61,616 bases of DNA from an uncultured virus (IMG/VR IMGVR_UViG_3300037112_000155) (IMGVR_UViG_3300037112_000155:62001-123616), one strand, 5' to 3'. Shown: positions 28,324 to 38,711, numbered from the stretch's first letter. Numbers and translations are program-made. The notes: generated by a model not told the origin, from the sequence alone.

Positions 28324-28800
28324 ATGAACTGGACGGAACTGAATCAGCAAGTCGATGCGAAACGCAAGGAGTATGCAGAGCTTGACACCGCGCGAAGCCG
28401 GGTCATGTCTGAAATGCACGTCCTGGCTATGACCAACGGATGCAAGCACGCCAGGGATTGCATGTACACCACAGCAGATGCTCAAAACACCCGCGGCTGT
28501 TACGGCTGCGATCGGGAAGAACTACTGGAGATGAAGCGGCAAGCAACGCTGATCGATGTCATTATTCAGAGCCCACTCAAGCCATCGCCTGCAGATGTGT
28601 TGGTCTGGGTTCGTCTCGGCAAGAGTATCGGCCCTAACTGGAGAGTTGGCGGCCACAAGAAGGAGGGTGTCGGGACTTGGTTCGTCATCCTCGACGACGG
28701 CGAGAAGCACTATCTTCCGACCAATCAACTTGATGGCTGGATGCCACTTATCAAGCCTTCTGCACCCAATGGATTACCTGTTCAGGAGAAAGCAGCATGA
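28324..28800 (+). CDS. Hypothetical protein
   Basis: AGGAAGG RBS. Confidence 0.7.
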   Translation: MNWTELNQQVDAKRKEYAELDTARSRVMSEMHVLAMTNGCKHARDCMYTTADAQNTRGCYGCDREELLEMKRQATLIDVIIQSPLKPSPADVLVWVRLGKSIGPNWRVGGHKKEGVGTWFVILDDGEKHYLPTNQLDGWMPLIKPSAPNGLPVQEKAA

Positions 28801-29336
28801 GCCAAGGCAAAGGAATCTCTGACGCCGTTCGAGGCGCCATTCGCGAGTGGATCACACCGGACATCATCGATCAACTCTGGGCTGCCAACGCCCCGCTCGC
28901 TGTGGCAACATCCAACTCAGCATCGTTCTTACCACGATCCAAGGACGTGTTCACTCGCGAGATTCGCGGAGCCGATTCCTGGGTCCGCCGGGTCCGCCGT
29001 CGCATTTCCAACGGCTGGGAGCGGGATTACGATTGCAAGGCTTTCCCGCGCAGCGTGGTAGGCCTGCGAGTGCACACCAACTTGGCTGACACCAACATCC
29101 GCTACGTCACCTTCCGTATGAACGGCAGGCTGATCGGCGGCGGTGTGGTCAGCGTACCCAGCGTGCTGGTTTCTCAGCGCGGTAGGAACGCCGCCATTCA
29201 GGACAAGAGCTTCACCGTCGCGCGGCCGGCAGCACCTACATTCCGTCCATTCACGGCCGATGAGCTACACCAGCTGGCTACCGATGTCGAGTTCGGCAGC
29301 GGCACGTTCGACAGCATGTTTGAGGACCGAGTCTAA
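28797..29336 (+). CDS. Hypothetical protein
   Basis: AGGAG RBS; ATGA overlap. Confidence 0.7.
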   Translation: MSQGKGISDAVRGAIREWITPDIIDQLWAANAPLAVATSNSASFLPRSKDVFTREIRGADSWVRRVRRRISNGWERDYDCKAFPRSVVGLRVHTNLADTNIRYVTFRMNGRLIGGGVVSVPSVLVSQRGRNAAIQDKSFTVARPAAPTFRPFTADELHQLATDVEFGSGTFDSMFEDRV

Positions 29337-29530
29337 TGCGATTCACTCACTATCTGCGAAAGCTTCTGGTCACCGGTTCTGTGGAACGATTGCCGTTCGA
29401 CGAATCTCACTTCAGAGAAGTCGGCATGTCCACCATGAGTGGCATGCCGATCCTGGAAGCGTACCAGCTGGTCAACAAGTGGAACGTGGACCAGAACTCC
29501 CAGCGCTTCATGTTCGCTCTCGAGCCATAA
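29336..29530 (+). CDS. Hypothetical protein
   Basis: TAATG overlap. Confidence 0.6.
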   Translation: MRFTHYLRKLLVTGSVERLPFDESHFREVGMSTMSGMPILEAYQLVNKWNVDQNSQRFMFALEP

Positions 29531-29561
29531 CCAGTCGCAACTGATCCAAGGAGGATCATCC

Positions 29562-31589
29562 GTGTTCAGTACACTCAAGATCGCAGTCGCCAAGCAGTTC
29601 GAGATCATGAAGGCAAACGGGTTATACCGTGTCGAGATCGACAAGGATGCCTTCTGGACAGCCTATCTCGCCAGCTTCCCGGCTGGGATGGATCCCATCT
29701 ACAAGGAGCGCACGCAGCACGATTGTAACTGCTGCAAGAGCTTCATCCGCGCAGTCGGCGGCATGGTCAGCATTGTCAACGGCAGCCTCGTCAGTTTATG
29801 GGACATCACGGTTGGCGATGGCTATCAGCCTGTGGTCGATGCGCTTGCCGCGATCGTTCACGGCCTGCCGACCGACAACATCTTCCTGGCAACCGAGAAG
29901 ACAGTCGGCACCGAGAAGAGCTTCGCGGCCGTGCTCGAAGGTGTCACCACCTGGCAGCACTTCCACTTGTCCCTGCCTGCAGAGGTTGTGGTCAATGGCG
30001 AAGCCATCGGACCGCGATCCAATGACGCGCGCACCACGCATGACGTATTCCTCCGTGGACTCAAGGAGATCACACAGGACTCCATCAACACTGTCCTGGA
30101 GCTGATCGGTCAGAACTCGCTGTATCGTGGCGAAGAGCATACCTTCGTCCTCGAGAGCTTCCTCAAACTCAAGAAGCAGTTCGCCCGCATCCCTGTAGCT
30201 GAACAGGATTTGTTCGCCTGGAGTCGCTCGCGCTCAACTCCGCCGGCGGTTACGAAGATCCGCGGGACAGTTATCGGCACCCTGCTGGTTGACCTGTCCG
30301 AAGGCAAGGACCTCGACTACGCCGTCAAGGGCTTCGAGTCCAAGGTGGCGCCGGCTAACTACAAGCGACCGACTGCTCTGGTCACTAAGGCCCAGATCAA
30401 GAAGGCGCAGGAGACGATCGAAGAGATGGGGTTCACCTCAGCTCTGGAGCGTCGCTATGCTGCACTGCCTGACATCACCATCAACAACATCCTGTTCGCC
30501 GACCGCACGACCCGTAGGGCCATGAATGTCTTCGACGAGCTGTCCGACCGGGTTGTGGTCAAGGCCCAGAACCTGGATCGCGTCGAGGAAGTCAGCATCG
30601 TCGACTTCCTGGAGAAGATCCTGCCCAAGGCGGACTCGCTCGAGGTTATGTTCGAGAACGGGCATGCCTCGAACCTGGTCAGCCTGATCGCTCCGGTTGA
30701 TCCCGGCGCGAAGAACATGTTCAAGTGGGGCAACAACTTCTCCTGGTCGTATGCAGGAGAGATGGCTGACTCCATCAAGGAACGCGTGAAGAAGGCTGGT
30801 GGAAGCATCACCGGTGATCTCTGCTGCCGTCTGGCATGGGAGTACACCGATGATCTGGACTTCCACATGGAAGAGCCAGTTACTGGCTTCAAGGGCCGCG
30901 GCAGTACCTACGAGATCATGTTCCAGAATCGCCGGTCGCTTTCCCCGTCCGGCGGCATGCTGGACGTTGACGCCAACGGCGCCGATGGGATGGTACCTCA
31001 TCCGGTCGAGAACATCTTCTATGCCAACCGTCGCACCATGAAGTCGGGTATCTACGTCCTGAAGGTTCACAACTACAGTCGACGCAGCTCCGGCGTTGGC
31101 TTCGAAGTCGAGGTCGAGTTCGGCGGTAAGATCCACCACATGGTCTACGAGAAGGCCGTTCCCACGGGAGCAACCATCGAAGTGGCCCGTATCCAGTGCG
31201 CGCTCGATGGCTCGTTCGAGATCATCAGCTCGCTGCCGTCCACCCAGGCCAGCAAGGAAGTGTGGGGCCTGCCGACTCAGACCTTCCAGAAGGTCAACGT
31301 CGTCATGCTCTCGCCCAACTGCTGGGATCTGCAGAAGAATGGCAACTTGCACTACTTCTTCATGCTCGATCGCTGCCTCAACGACGGCAAGGCTCGTGGC
31401 TTCTTCAACGAGTTCCTGACGCAGGCTCTCGACGAACACCGCAGGGTGTTCGAGATGGTCGGCACCAAGATGAAGACCGAGGAGTCGACCAACCAACTCA
31501 GCGGGCTGGGATTCTCATCGACCCAACGCAACTCACTGCTGTGCCGGGTGAAGGGGAGCTTCAACCGTGTCGTCAAGATCAACTTCTAA
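29562..31589 (+). CDS. Large conserved phage protein with N-terminal HDCxCC motif and YfaP/DUF2135-like domain
   Basis: HDCNCCKSFI; W...DDLDFH.EP...LDVD...PVENI; AAGGAGG RBS before GTG. Confidence 0.75.
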   Translation: MFSTLKIAVAKQFEIMKANGLYRVEIDKDAFWTAYLASFPAGMDPIYKERTQHDCNCCKSFIRAVGGMVSIVNGSLVSLWDITVGDGYQPVVDALAAIVHGLPTDNIFLATEKTVGTEKSFAAVLEGVTTWQHFHLSLPAEVVVNGEAIGPRSNDARTTHDVFLRGLKEITQDSINTVLELIGQNSLYRGEEHTFVLESFLKLKKQFARIPVAEQDLFAWSRSRSTPPAVTKIRGTVIGTLLVDLSEGKDLDYAVKGFESKVAPANYKRPTALVTKAQIKKAQETIEEMGFTSALERRYAALPDITINNILFADRTTRRAMNVFDELSDRVVVKAQNLDRVEEVSIVDFLEKILPKADSLEVMFENGHASNLVSLIAPVDPGAKNMFKWGNNFSWSYAGEMADSIKERVKKAGGSITGDLCCRLAWEYTDDLDFHMEEPVTGFKGRGSTYEIMFQNRRSLSPSGGMLDVDANGADGMVPHPVENIFYANRRTMKSGIYVLKVHNYSRRSSGVGFEVEVEFGGKIHHMVYEKAVPTGATIEVARIQCALDGSFEIISSLPSTQASKEVWGLPTQTFQKVNVVMLSPNCWDLQKNGNLHYFFMLDRCLNDGKARGFFNEFLTQALDEHRRVFEMVGTKMKTEESTNQLSGLGFSSTQRNSLLCRVKGSFNRVVKINF

Positions 31590-31763
31590 GGCTCTGACTC
31601 GGGCAGTGCGCCATCGCCGTGCGCTGCTCGACAAGGAGATCTCAACTACCTCAACGATCCGAAGGCATGTTCGTCGGCTGCTGTCCAAGCTAGACCGCAA
31701 ACTTGCTGTTTTGGAACATCGTCGTTTGGATTACTAACCCGCGCCTCAGGAGGGCGCAATCAC

Positions 31764-32153
31764 ATGTTCGAGAAAGCATCCCGCCTCGCAATTCGTTTCG
31801 AATCACCCAAGGGTCTCCTCACCGTTGAGGACCTCTGGCCGTTGCCGCTCACGGTGCGCAACGGCGGCGCCAGCCTGGACAACATCGCTCGCGCGTTGAA
31901 CAAGCAGATCAAGGACACCGACACCGAGAGTTTCGTGGTCAAGACCACGAAGACTGACGAGGTCACGCAGCTCAAGTTCGACATCGTCAAGCACATCATC
32001 GAAGTGCGTCTCGCCGAAGCCGAAGTGGCAGCGACCGCCGCTGACAAGCGCGAGAAGAAGCAGAAGCTGCTGGCTCTCGTCGCCGAGAAGCAGGACGAAG
32101 CACTGAAGGGTGCCTCGATCGAAGAGCTGATGGCTCAGATCAACGCTCTGTAA
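31764..32153 (+). CDS. Conserved phage hypothetical protein
   Basis: MFEKASR..RF.S.KG.L.VEDLW.LPL; AGGAGG RBS. Confidence 0.8.
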   Translation: MFEKASRLAIRFESPKGLLTVEDLWPLPLTVRNGGASLDNIARALNKQIKDTDTESFVVKTTKTDEVTQLKFDIVKHIIEVRLAEAEVAATAADKREKKQKLLALVAEKQDEALKGASIEELMAQINAL

Positions 32154-32342
32154 ACAACCCAGTGGAGGCCGTCGAAAGACGGCCTCCGCGCAACCAGAAA
32201 GCAGACATGATTCACAGACACTCATACCGTCGCCGCCTACGCCAGATGAGCTGGAGCGTGCTGCGCTCCGAGATCGGCAAAGTCTTCCGACGTTGTCAGA
32301 ATCGTTCCACTCTGGAACGAAAGTACCCAGAAGGAGGACCGC

Positions 32343-33950
32343 ATGGGCTTCGTACGAACACTCACCCGCGCGGCGATTCTGTGGGGCAAAGAGAATGCGC
32401 TTGATTTACTAAGTGCTGTCGTGCTCCCGGGCACCAGCCGCGTCGTTACGCGCACGCTGGGCCGGGAGGCCAGCCGATGGGCCACCAGCAACCTCTGGGC
32501 AGCCCGTACGGTCGATGGCGGTATTCTGGGTGGTGTTAGGCCCCCAGAGGCCGGCGCTAAGTACACGCTGCCCAAAGGCCTGCCCAAGGCCGGCGAGCGC
32601 CACCTGGTCATCGAGAATGGCCCGCATACTCTGGAGGGATTCAATGGAGTCATCGAGTCCGGCTACGGTAAGGGAAGAAAGAGCCTTCTCTTTACTGGCC
32701 GAATACCTGTCAAAGTCGGAGCACAAACATCGCTCCGAAGGGTTGAATATCACGTCCACGACGCGGACGTTGCTGGCTTGCATTATGACCTCGCAGTTGC
32801 CGGCCTGCCGCCTGGAACAGAGCAGTTCGAGCTGAACATCCCCAACGGGGACTTCAAAGGCCGCTACGCCATCGTCAAGACTGCCAAGGGATTTCTATCC
32901 CTGATGCTGAAAGACGAAGGCCCGGTGATCGAGAAGCCATCGTACTCGCTCAAGCCCGCGGCGTTCCTGGATCAGGTCCGCCTGGACAACCAGAACGGCG
33001 AGCGCTGGATCGTCGAGCAGAAGGAAGATGGATCGCTCGGCAACTTCAAGATCGGCAAGGGCAAGGCAGTATTTCACAGCCACCGGGAGGGTGGTCAGAC
33101 CTACTATGATCGAATCCCCGCACTCGAAGATCTCCACAACACCTCACGCTACTGGTCCTCACGCAAGCTCATGCCATACCCCGATCTTGACGGCACTGTC
33201 GGCAAGGTTGAACTTGTCCACCCAGACGGCGTGCATCGTGTTGCGGGAATTCTCAACGCGCTTCCCGAACGTGCTCAAGAGATTCAGAACCTTCGCGGGC
33301 CCGTACAGGCCCACTGCTGGGATCTCGTCAAGTACAAAGGACGTGACGTAAGCGGTTTGCCTTATGTGCAGCGCAGGGCCTTGGCTGAGAAAGTCGTACG
33401 TGAGATCCGGTTTTACAACCGGAACTGGGACATGGTTCAGAAGATGGATGCTGGCGATGATCCAGTCGCGTTCTACAACTCAATCGTGCGTCTGCCTCTG
33501 CCCTTCGGCGAAGGCGTCGTGATCAAGGATGCCAGCGATCCCACCGGCGAGACCTGGTTCAAGGTCAAGCAGGTGGACTTTGCTGACCTGGAGCTGGTGG
33601 AAGTTCTGCCAGGCTCCGGGAAGTATGCCGATTCCGTCGGCAAGCTGGTAGTCCGCAATCCCGCGAACGGTGCGATCGGCGAAGTAGGTTCATTCGCCAT
33701 ACCGGATCAGCAACGGGAGTGGATCTGGAACCACCGAGAGCTGGTCCAGGGATCCACGGTCAAGATCCAAGTGCAGGAACTGACTGCGCGCGGTGCGCCA
33801 CGCGCCGGCGTCTTCATGGGATTCCATGAGGGCAAAGGCAACACCGAAGCAGGCCTGTACATGTATGCCGAGAGCCTAGCTGGCGGCGATCAAGAAGAGA
33901 TGATGCGAACGAAGTATGCCCTGATAGCCGCACAGGGCTGGAGACGCTGA
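32343..33950 (+). CDS. ATP-dependent DNA ligase with LigD 3'-phosphoesterase-like N-terminal domain
   Basis: EQKEDG (KxDG), EGVVIKD, WFKVK, C-terminal OB fold (PR..F); H.A..AGLHYDL. Confidence 0.8.
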   Translation: MGFVRTLTRAAILWGKENALDLLSAVVLPGTSRVVTRTLGREASRWATSNLWAARTVDGGILGGVRPPEAGAKYTLPKGLPKAGERHLVIENGPHTLEGFNGVIESGYGKGRKSLLFTGRIPVKVGAQTSLRRVEYHVHDADVAGLHYDLAVAGLPPGTEQFELNIPNGDFKGRYAIVKTAKGFLSLMLKDEGPVIEKPSYSLKPAAFLDQVRLDNQNGERWIVEQKEDGSLGNFKIGKGKAVFHSHREGGQTYYDRIPALEDLHNTSRYWSSRKLMPYPDLDGTVGKVELVHPDGVHRVAGILNALPERAQEIQNLRGPVQAHCWDLVKYKGRDVSGLPYVQRRALAEKVVREIRFYNRNWDMVQKMDAGDDPVAFYNSIVRLPLPFGEGVVIKDASDPTGETWFKVKQVDFADLELVEVLPGSGKYADSVGKLVVRNPANGAIGEVGSFAIPDQQREWIWNHRELVQGSTVKIQVQELTARGAPRAGVFMGFHEGKGNTEAGLYMYAESLAGGDQEEMMRTKYALIAAQGWRR

Positions 33951-34225
33951 TGAACGCTGCTCAGGCCGTGGCTGCCGCTAAGGGCGGCACGGTCATTACC
34001 CACGACGCTCGCGGCCTGATTATGTACAACGAGGCCAACGGAACCATGCTGCGTCACGTGATCAGCGATGATCCAACCGGCGATCCCTGGTTCGAAGATG
34101 TGGAAGAGTCCTGGCGCCCGCAGCTACTGGCGCAGGATGGCTGGGAAGTACCTTACGAGCCTGGCTGGTTCGAATGGGCGTGGCTTCGGGTTCGCATGTG
34201 GATATCGGATTGGAGAGATCGATGA
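33950..34225 (+). CDS. Hypothetical protein
   Basis: TGATG overlap. Confidence 0.6.
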   Translation: MNAAQAVAAAKGGTVITHDARGLIMYNEANGTMLRHVISDDPTGDPWFEDVEESWRPQLLAQDGWEVPYEPGWFEWAWLRVRMWISDWRDR

Positions 34226-34539
34226 GAGACGTGGACGGGAACTTCTGCAACGGCAATGGTCAGTTGCTACCGGAAACCGGCGAGCAGTATGCCGCTCAGA
34301 TCGCGCGGGAACGCGCTTCAGTTCGACCTGCAGTCGAGGTCGAAGCCGAGGACAAGCGTGCCTACGTGTCCATCACCCACGGCATGCGCGGCTACTTTGC
34401 CGTGTTGCTGACCTGGGACGAGGAGTGTGGTTGCCATACACCTTGGAACTCGGGCTTCGGGAGCTTCGCGACGTCAGAGGCAGCGCATCCGGAGGCCAAA
34501 GCCTGGGCTGAGTCGGAAGGCATCGAGTTCCGCCCATGA
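34222..34539 (+). CDS. Hypothetical protein
   Basis: GGAG RBS; ATGA overlap. Confidence 0.65.
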   Translation: MRDVDGNFCNGNGQLLPETGEQYAAQIARERASVRPAVEVEAEDKRAYVSITHGMRGYFAVLLTWDEECGCHTPWNSGFGSFATSEAAHPEAKAWAESEGIEFRP

Positions 34540-35228
34540 TCATCAAATCGAAGTTCAAGGACTACTACGACTTCTGTGCCAACATATTCGGCGGCGGAGA
34601 TCCGAAGGTGGTGTACAGTCGTGGCCGTCTGGCGCCGATCGACGCCAGGTACGGCAGCTTGGTTGAAACCAAGCTGACTGTTGAGACCGCGGAATGCCCG
34701 TTGTTGTCTCCGACTGCATTCAATCATCGCTATGCGCTGCGCAACTGGGACACCGAGGTCGCCTATCTGATCGTGGCCGGCAAGCTGTATCTGCTGTCCA
34801 GACAGAGAGGCGAGCTGTGGATCGGTCAGAAACCGTATCGGATCGCCAACGAGAAAGACGACCTGTTCAAGTTGAATCCGTGGTCGAGTCGCGCCACATC
34901 CTTCGGCATCGAGGCTCGTGTGGAGCATCCGTTCCTCATCGAGCTGTCGAGGCTGGTTGGCGGTCCCGTGTTCGTGATTGAAGAGATCACGTGGACGGCA
35001 CACAACCGGAGTGCGAAGGTCACAGTGCAGGGCCAGTGCCCGATCCTCAAGGACCTGGGCATGGCGTCCATTGTGCCGGCTAACACGATGTATCAGGATC
35101 TGGCCTATTTCATGGGCAACCTGATGCACAACACCCCGGACATCAACCCTCCCGCGGTACTCAGCGAGAAGGAACGTATCGTGAAGGCCGGCTTCGATCT
35201 GAAGCAGTCTTTTCGTCACAGAACGTAG
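34536..35228 (+). CDS. Conserved phage hypothetical protein
   Basis: MII.SKFKDYYD ... RI..AGFD.K.SFR termini. Confidence 0.75.
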   Translation: MIIKSKFKDYYDFCANIFGGGDPKVVYSRGRLAPIDARYGSLVETKLTVETAECPLLSPTAFNHRYALRNWDTEVAYLIVAGKLYLLSRQRGELWIGQKPYRIANEKDDLFKLNPWSSRATSFGIEARVEHPFLIELSRLVGGPVFVIEEITWTAHNRSAKVTVQGQCPILKDLGMASIVPANTMYQDLAYFMGNLMHNTPDINPPAVLSEKERIVKAGFDLKQSFRHRT

Positions 35229-35240
35229 GGAAGTAGACGC

Positions 35241-35453
35241 ATGACAATCGAATTCGGCGACGTCGTAAAGGACACAGTCACCAGCTTTCAGGGCGTCGCG
35301 CTCGCACGCATGACCGCGCTGCACGAAGCTACCCAGATCCGTATCCATCCGCAGACCCTTTCCACCGACGGTGTCATCATCGGCAGCGTGTGGATCGAGG
35401 AGACGCGCCTGGTCAAAGTAGAGAACAGCCGCACAACAGGATTCCACACGTAA
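35241..35453 (+). CDS. Small SH3/KOW-like hypothetical protein
   Basis: FGDVVKD.VT.FQG pattern. Confidence 0.65.
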   Translation: MTIEFGDVVKDTVTSFQGVALARMTALHEATQIRIHPQTLSTDGVIIGSVWIEETRLVKVENSRTTGFHT

Positions 35454-35465
35454 CAGGGAGCAGTC

Positions 35466-36434
35466 ATGCAAGGAAAGTTCATCGAGATCCACGCAGCGGC
35501 CGAGTACATCGGGCCTGGCGCCATCGAAGTCCCACTGTATCAGTCGGAGATCACCGACATCGTCCGCCGCCGTGGCATGTTCGGTCAGCGGATCAAGTGT
35601 GTGCCGGCTACGGGGCATCCCTCGCGTTTCTTCGAGGACACTCCGTATGAAGACATCCCAACCGGTACCTCCGAGAAGCCTGGCATTGGCCGCGTGCGGT
35701 ATAACCCGGCTCGCCGGGAGCGCTCGGTGCCTTTGAAGGCGATCGTGGCCGAGATCAATTACAACCTGTTCGATATGGAGCTGGGCAAGCAGCAATCCCA
35801 ATTCGCGTATCTGCAGGCCAAGGACCTGGCTGATACGGTCGACGGCGTCATGCGCACGCATGACGTTGCGCTCTGGAACGGCTGCGACACCAGCCTCAAC
35901 GCGCCAACCACCGCTGAGTATTACGGAGCTGCTGGTCAGATCGCCGCCGGCGGTAACACAACCACCGTCGGAACGACCCAGAGCATCGTCGACGGCATCA
36001 AGCATGCTGTGGCGGAGATGATGGCAAACGGGGCATCAATGGGCACGCGGCCGACGGCTATCTACGCCAATCCGGTCCTGCTCGATCTGATCGACCGGGA
36101 GATGAAGACTGAGTTGAATGTCGTCCTCGAGACCGTGCAGCTGGAGTCAGGTTTTAGCGTCAAGGTTCTGACAACGCAGGCGGGTAAGCTGCCTTTGATT
36201 CCGGATTGGACGCTGTCTTATACCGGAACGCCTGGCTCTGGTTCGGCAATCCTGCCGGCTTACATCGTGACCGAAGAACTGATCGAGTATCACTGGCTCT
36301 CGGATCCCAGTCCGCGCATCTTCCAGATGGGCGTGCCTGGTTCGCTGGCGTCGAAGTATGTCGTAGTCAAATTCGGAGGCCTGGTGGTGAAGTGCGCACG
36401 CACTGCGCATCGCCAGGTACTCACAGAGAGGTGA
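35466..36434 (+). CDS. Putative HK97-fold capsid/encapsulin-like protein
   Basis: 322 aa; E-loop-like segment, D.ALWNG....EYYG, RPTAIYANP, VLTTQAG.LPLIPD, YVVVKFGGL, as in HK97-fold shells. Confidence 0.6.
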   Translation: MQGKFIEIHAAAEYIGPGAIEVPLYQSEITDIVRRRGMFGQRIKCVPATGHPSRFFEDTPYEDIPTGTSEKPGIGRVRYNPARRERSVPLKAIVAEINYNLFDMELGKQQSQFAYLQAKDLADTVDGVMRTHDVALWNGCDTSLNAPTTAEYYGAAGQIAAGGNTTTVGTTQSIVDGIKHAVAEMMANGASMGTRPTAIYANPVLLDLIDREMKTELNVVLETVQLESGFSVKVLTTQAGKLPLIPDWTLSYTGTPGSGSAILPAYIVTEELIEYHWLSDPSPRIFQMGVPGSLASKYVVVKFGGLVVKCARTAHRQVLTER

Positions 36435-36620
36435 AGCATGGGCAGGGTTTTCCTGGGATTCATCGTCCTTGTGTGCCTGGGTTGGATCATCATTCCTGCC
36501 CTAATGTGCGCTGCGTCGGTCATCAGCATCCCGGTAGCCATCATTGCCGTGCTGATCATCGGGAAAGCGATCACGAAGCGGGGCTAGTGCTCCGGCAGAA
36601 GAGGAAATGGTGGCTACGTC

Positions 36621-36833
36621 ATGATGGCAGTGAGGCGCACGTTTGAAGCGCTGAACCATCCGAAAGGGTCGACCCAGCGGGCGGCCCTCAACCTTTCAGC
36701 TCTCACCAGCGAGTACATGCCGAGCTATCGGTACATGTTGCTGGATGACAATGGCCGCGCCATGGAGGCGACTACGTCGCGCACTAAGGCTGATGCTGAG
36801 GCTCGAATGCCGTTCCTCATCGGTCTGCGCTAG
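36621..36833 (+). CDS. Hypothetical protein
   Basis: RRTFEAL.HP.GS..RA.LN..ALTSEYM. Confidence 0.6.
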   Translation: MMAVRRTFEALNHPKGSTQRAALNLSALTSEYMPSYRYMLLDDNGRAMEATTSRTKADAEARMPFLIGLR

Positions 36834-37236
36834 CCCAGTCTAAGTGGTTCCCCTTATCGCCGCGGCCATGGTCGCGGCTTTACTGTGCAGAAAGAGAACA
36901 TCGTGACCCTATTGAACCTGGTTGTTGAAGCTGCACTTGTGCCTAAATCCGTTCCCTATGAGACAGCAACACCGTGCTGCGGCGCCCAGGTCCATTTCAA
37001 GACCGCGTTGACTGATTGGACCGGCGTCTACTGTCCTGGTTGCGGGCAATATGCGAGAGTGCGCTGAATGTATGGACTTTACTCACGCGATGAAGAAGAG
37101 CGTTGTCGGAAGCACGACAAGTGGCAACCCTGTCCGGACTGTAAAGCGGCACGTACAGCGGCAGCAGCACAGGCTGCGCATGAGCAGTCGGTGGTAAGAC
37201 AGCGTGCCAAGCTGAAGATCGCCCCATGGAGGATCA

Positions 37237-37437
37237 GTGAATCCGAAGATTGAACTGAAGGAGCACCTTGAGATCCAGGTGATCACGTCGAACGGTCCAA
37301 TGGAACTGCTGCGCGATCGGCCGGAGACCTTGAAGGAAGGTCACTTGTGGCTGAAACGCTGGAAGCGCGAGGACTCTTTGCCCAAGCGCTTGGTGAGGGT
37401 TACGACCGTCACCGTAACTGAGGAGATTGCTTCATGA
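37237..37437 (+). CDS. Hypothetical protein
   Basis: GGAGG RBS. Confidence 0.55.
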   Translation: MNPKIELKEHLEIQVITSNGPMELLRDRPETLKEGHLWLKRWKREDSLPKRLVRVTTVTVTEEIAS

Positions 37438-37826
37438 AGATCATTGTCTTCGGCTCGAACCTGAGTGGCCACCATGGTAAGGGCGCAGCGCTTTACGCCA
37501 AGGAGCACTATGGTGCCCGGCAGCACAACCCATCTGGCTTTCAGGGCCAGTCGTATGCGATTCCCACCAAGGGTGCACGCAACGAGGCATTGCGGGAGAA
37601 ATATCCTATCCTGCCACTGCCGGTGATCGCGGCTTCCATTCGGGTAATGCTGGACGAGGCGCGGCAAAGCCCGTATGACACCTACGCCATCACGCGCATT
37701 GGTTGTGGACTTGCCGGGTATAAGAATGAACAAATTGCGCCCATGTTTGAGGGCGCGCCAAATAACTGCGAGTTCGACCCAGAGTGGGCGCCGTGGGGTT
37801 TGAAGAGCTGGGTTGAAAAGCCCTGA
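37434..37826 (+). CDS. A1S_2505-type phage non-structural protein (macro-like)
   Basis: VFGSNL.G.HG.GAA; GQSYAIPTK; TRIGCGLAG; IAPMF. Confidence 0.85.
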   Translation: MKIIVFGSNLSGHHGKGAALYAKEHYGARQHNPSGFQGQSYAIPTKGARNEALREKYPILPLPVIAASIRVMLDEARQSPYDTYAITRIGCGLAGYKNEQIAPMFEGAPNNCEFDPEWAPWGLKSWVEKP

Positions 37827-37837
37827 GGAGAAACGGA

Positions 37838-38239
37838 ATGTCGAAGTTGGAAATCACTACCCCGGAGCCCCGGACCATCTCGGACAAGCTGGCTGAGGAG
37901 ATCATCCAGTGGGTTGAAGACTCGCAAGGTGCAACGATCGTCGGCTTTGATGCCGAGACGCTGCTGGCTGGTGTGCCCCGGTTGAAGAAACTGGACATCC
38001 TGCTCGACGCGGTCGAGCATGCTTTCAACGACTGCCAGATGCTGCTGAACGGCAACGTCATCGCAGACGACAGCAACACCCAGGCCACGATGGACAGTCT
38101 CGACGATGCCTTTCGTAAGGTCACCGGGATTGGCTGCCGCGAGTTCACCATCATCGAGGATGAAGCAGCCGAGCCGGAAGACGATGACGATGACGACGAC
38201 GACGACGAGGACAATCCGGCACGCGCCGATGTTCTGTAG
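37838..38239 (+). CDS. Acidic hypothetical protein
   Basis: GAGGAG RBS; poly-Asp tail. Confidence 0.7.
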   Translation: MSKLEITTPEPRTISDKLAEEIIQWVEDSQGATIVGFDAETLLAGVPRLKKLDILLDAVEHAFNDCQMLLNGNVIADDSNTQATMDSLDDAFRKVTGIGCREFTIIEDEAAEPEDDDDDDDDDEDNPARADVL

Positions 38240-38241
38240 CC

Positions 38242-38460
38242 ATGGACACCTTCGTGTTACTGGCCAAATCTCTGCTGACTGTGGGCGCTGGGTTGTACCT
38301 GGCGTTCATGGTCTGGCTGTTGTATTGGCTTCGGAAGTGCAGCGGCTGCGATCACAAGTGCAACAACGGCTGGGGCTGTAAACGTGTGCAAGAGCAACCA
38401 CGCCTGGTGTTTCACCATGGAATCGCTGAGGTTGGGGCGATCGGGATAGCAAAGGAGTAA
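38242..38460 (+). CDS. Small membrane protein
   Basis: N-terminal TM; Cys cluster. Confidence 0.55.
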   Translation: MDTFVLLAKSLLTVGAGLYLAFMVWLLYWLRKCSGCDHKCNNGWGCKRVQEQPRLVFHHGIAEVGAIGIAKE

Positions 38461-38462
38461 CC

Positions 38463-38711
38463 GTGCAAGTTGAGAAGGGGAAATACTTCGCCTGGGGCGA
38501 CGTCCTGGCACGCGCGGTCGGGACAACCGACGGCGGCCCATGCCTGGTGGAACAGTTCGAAGTCATGGGCGAGAACGACGAGGTCGTACGTTTCGAAGAT
38601 GGTTGTACGACAGCAGAAGCCACGAAGATCTGTGAGGCTCTCGGGGCGGATACCACCTTCCTGGACCTGCCTGATTCTCCATTGGACGAAGAAGACGAGG
38701 ACGAAGACTGA
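38463..38711 (+). CDS. Acidic hypothetical protein
   Basis: AAGGAG RBS. Confidence 0.6.
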   Translation: MQVEKGKYFAWGDVLARAVGTTDGGPCLVEQFEVMGENDEVVRFEDGCTTAEATKICEALGADTTFLDLPDSPLDEEDEDED

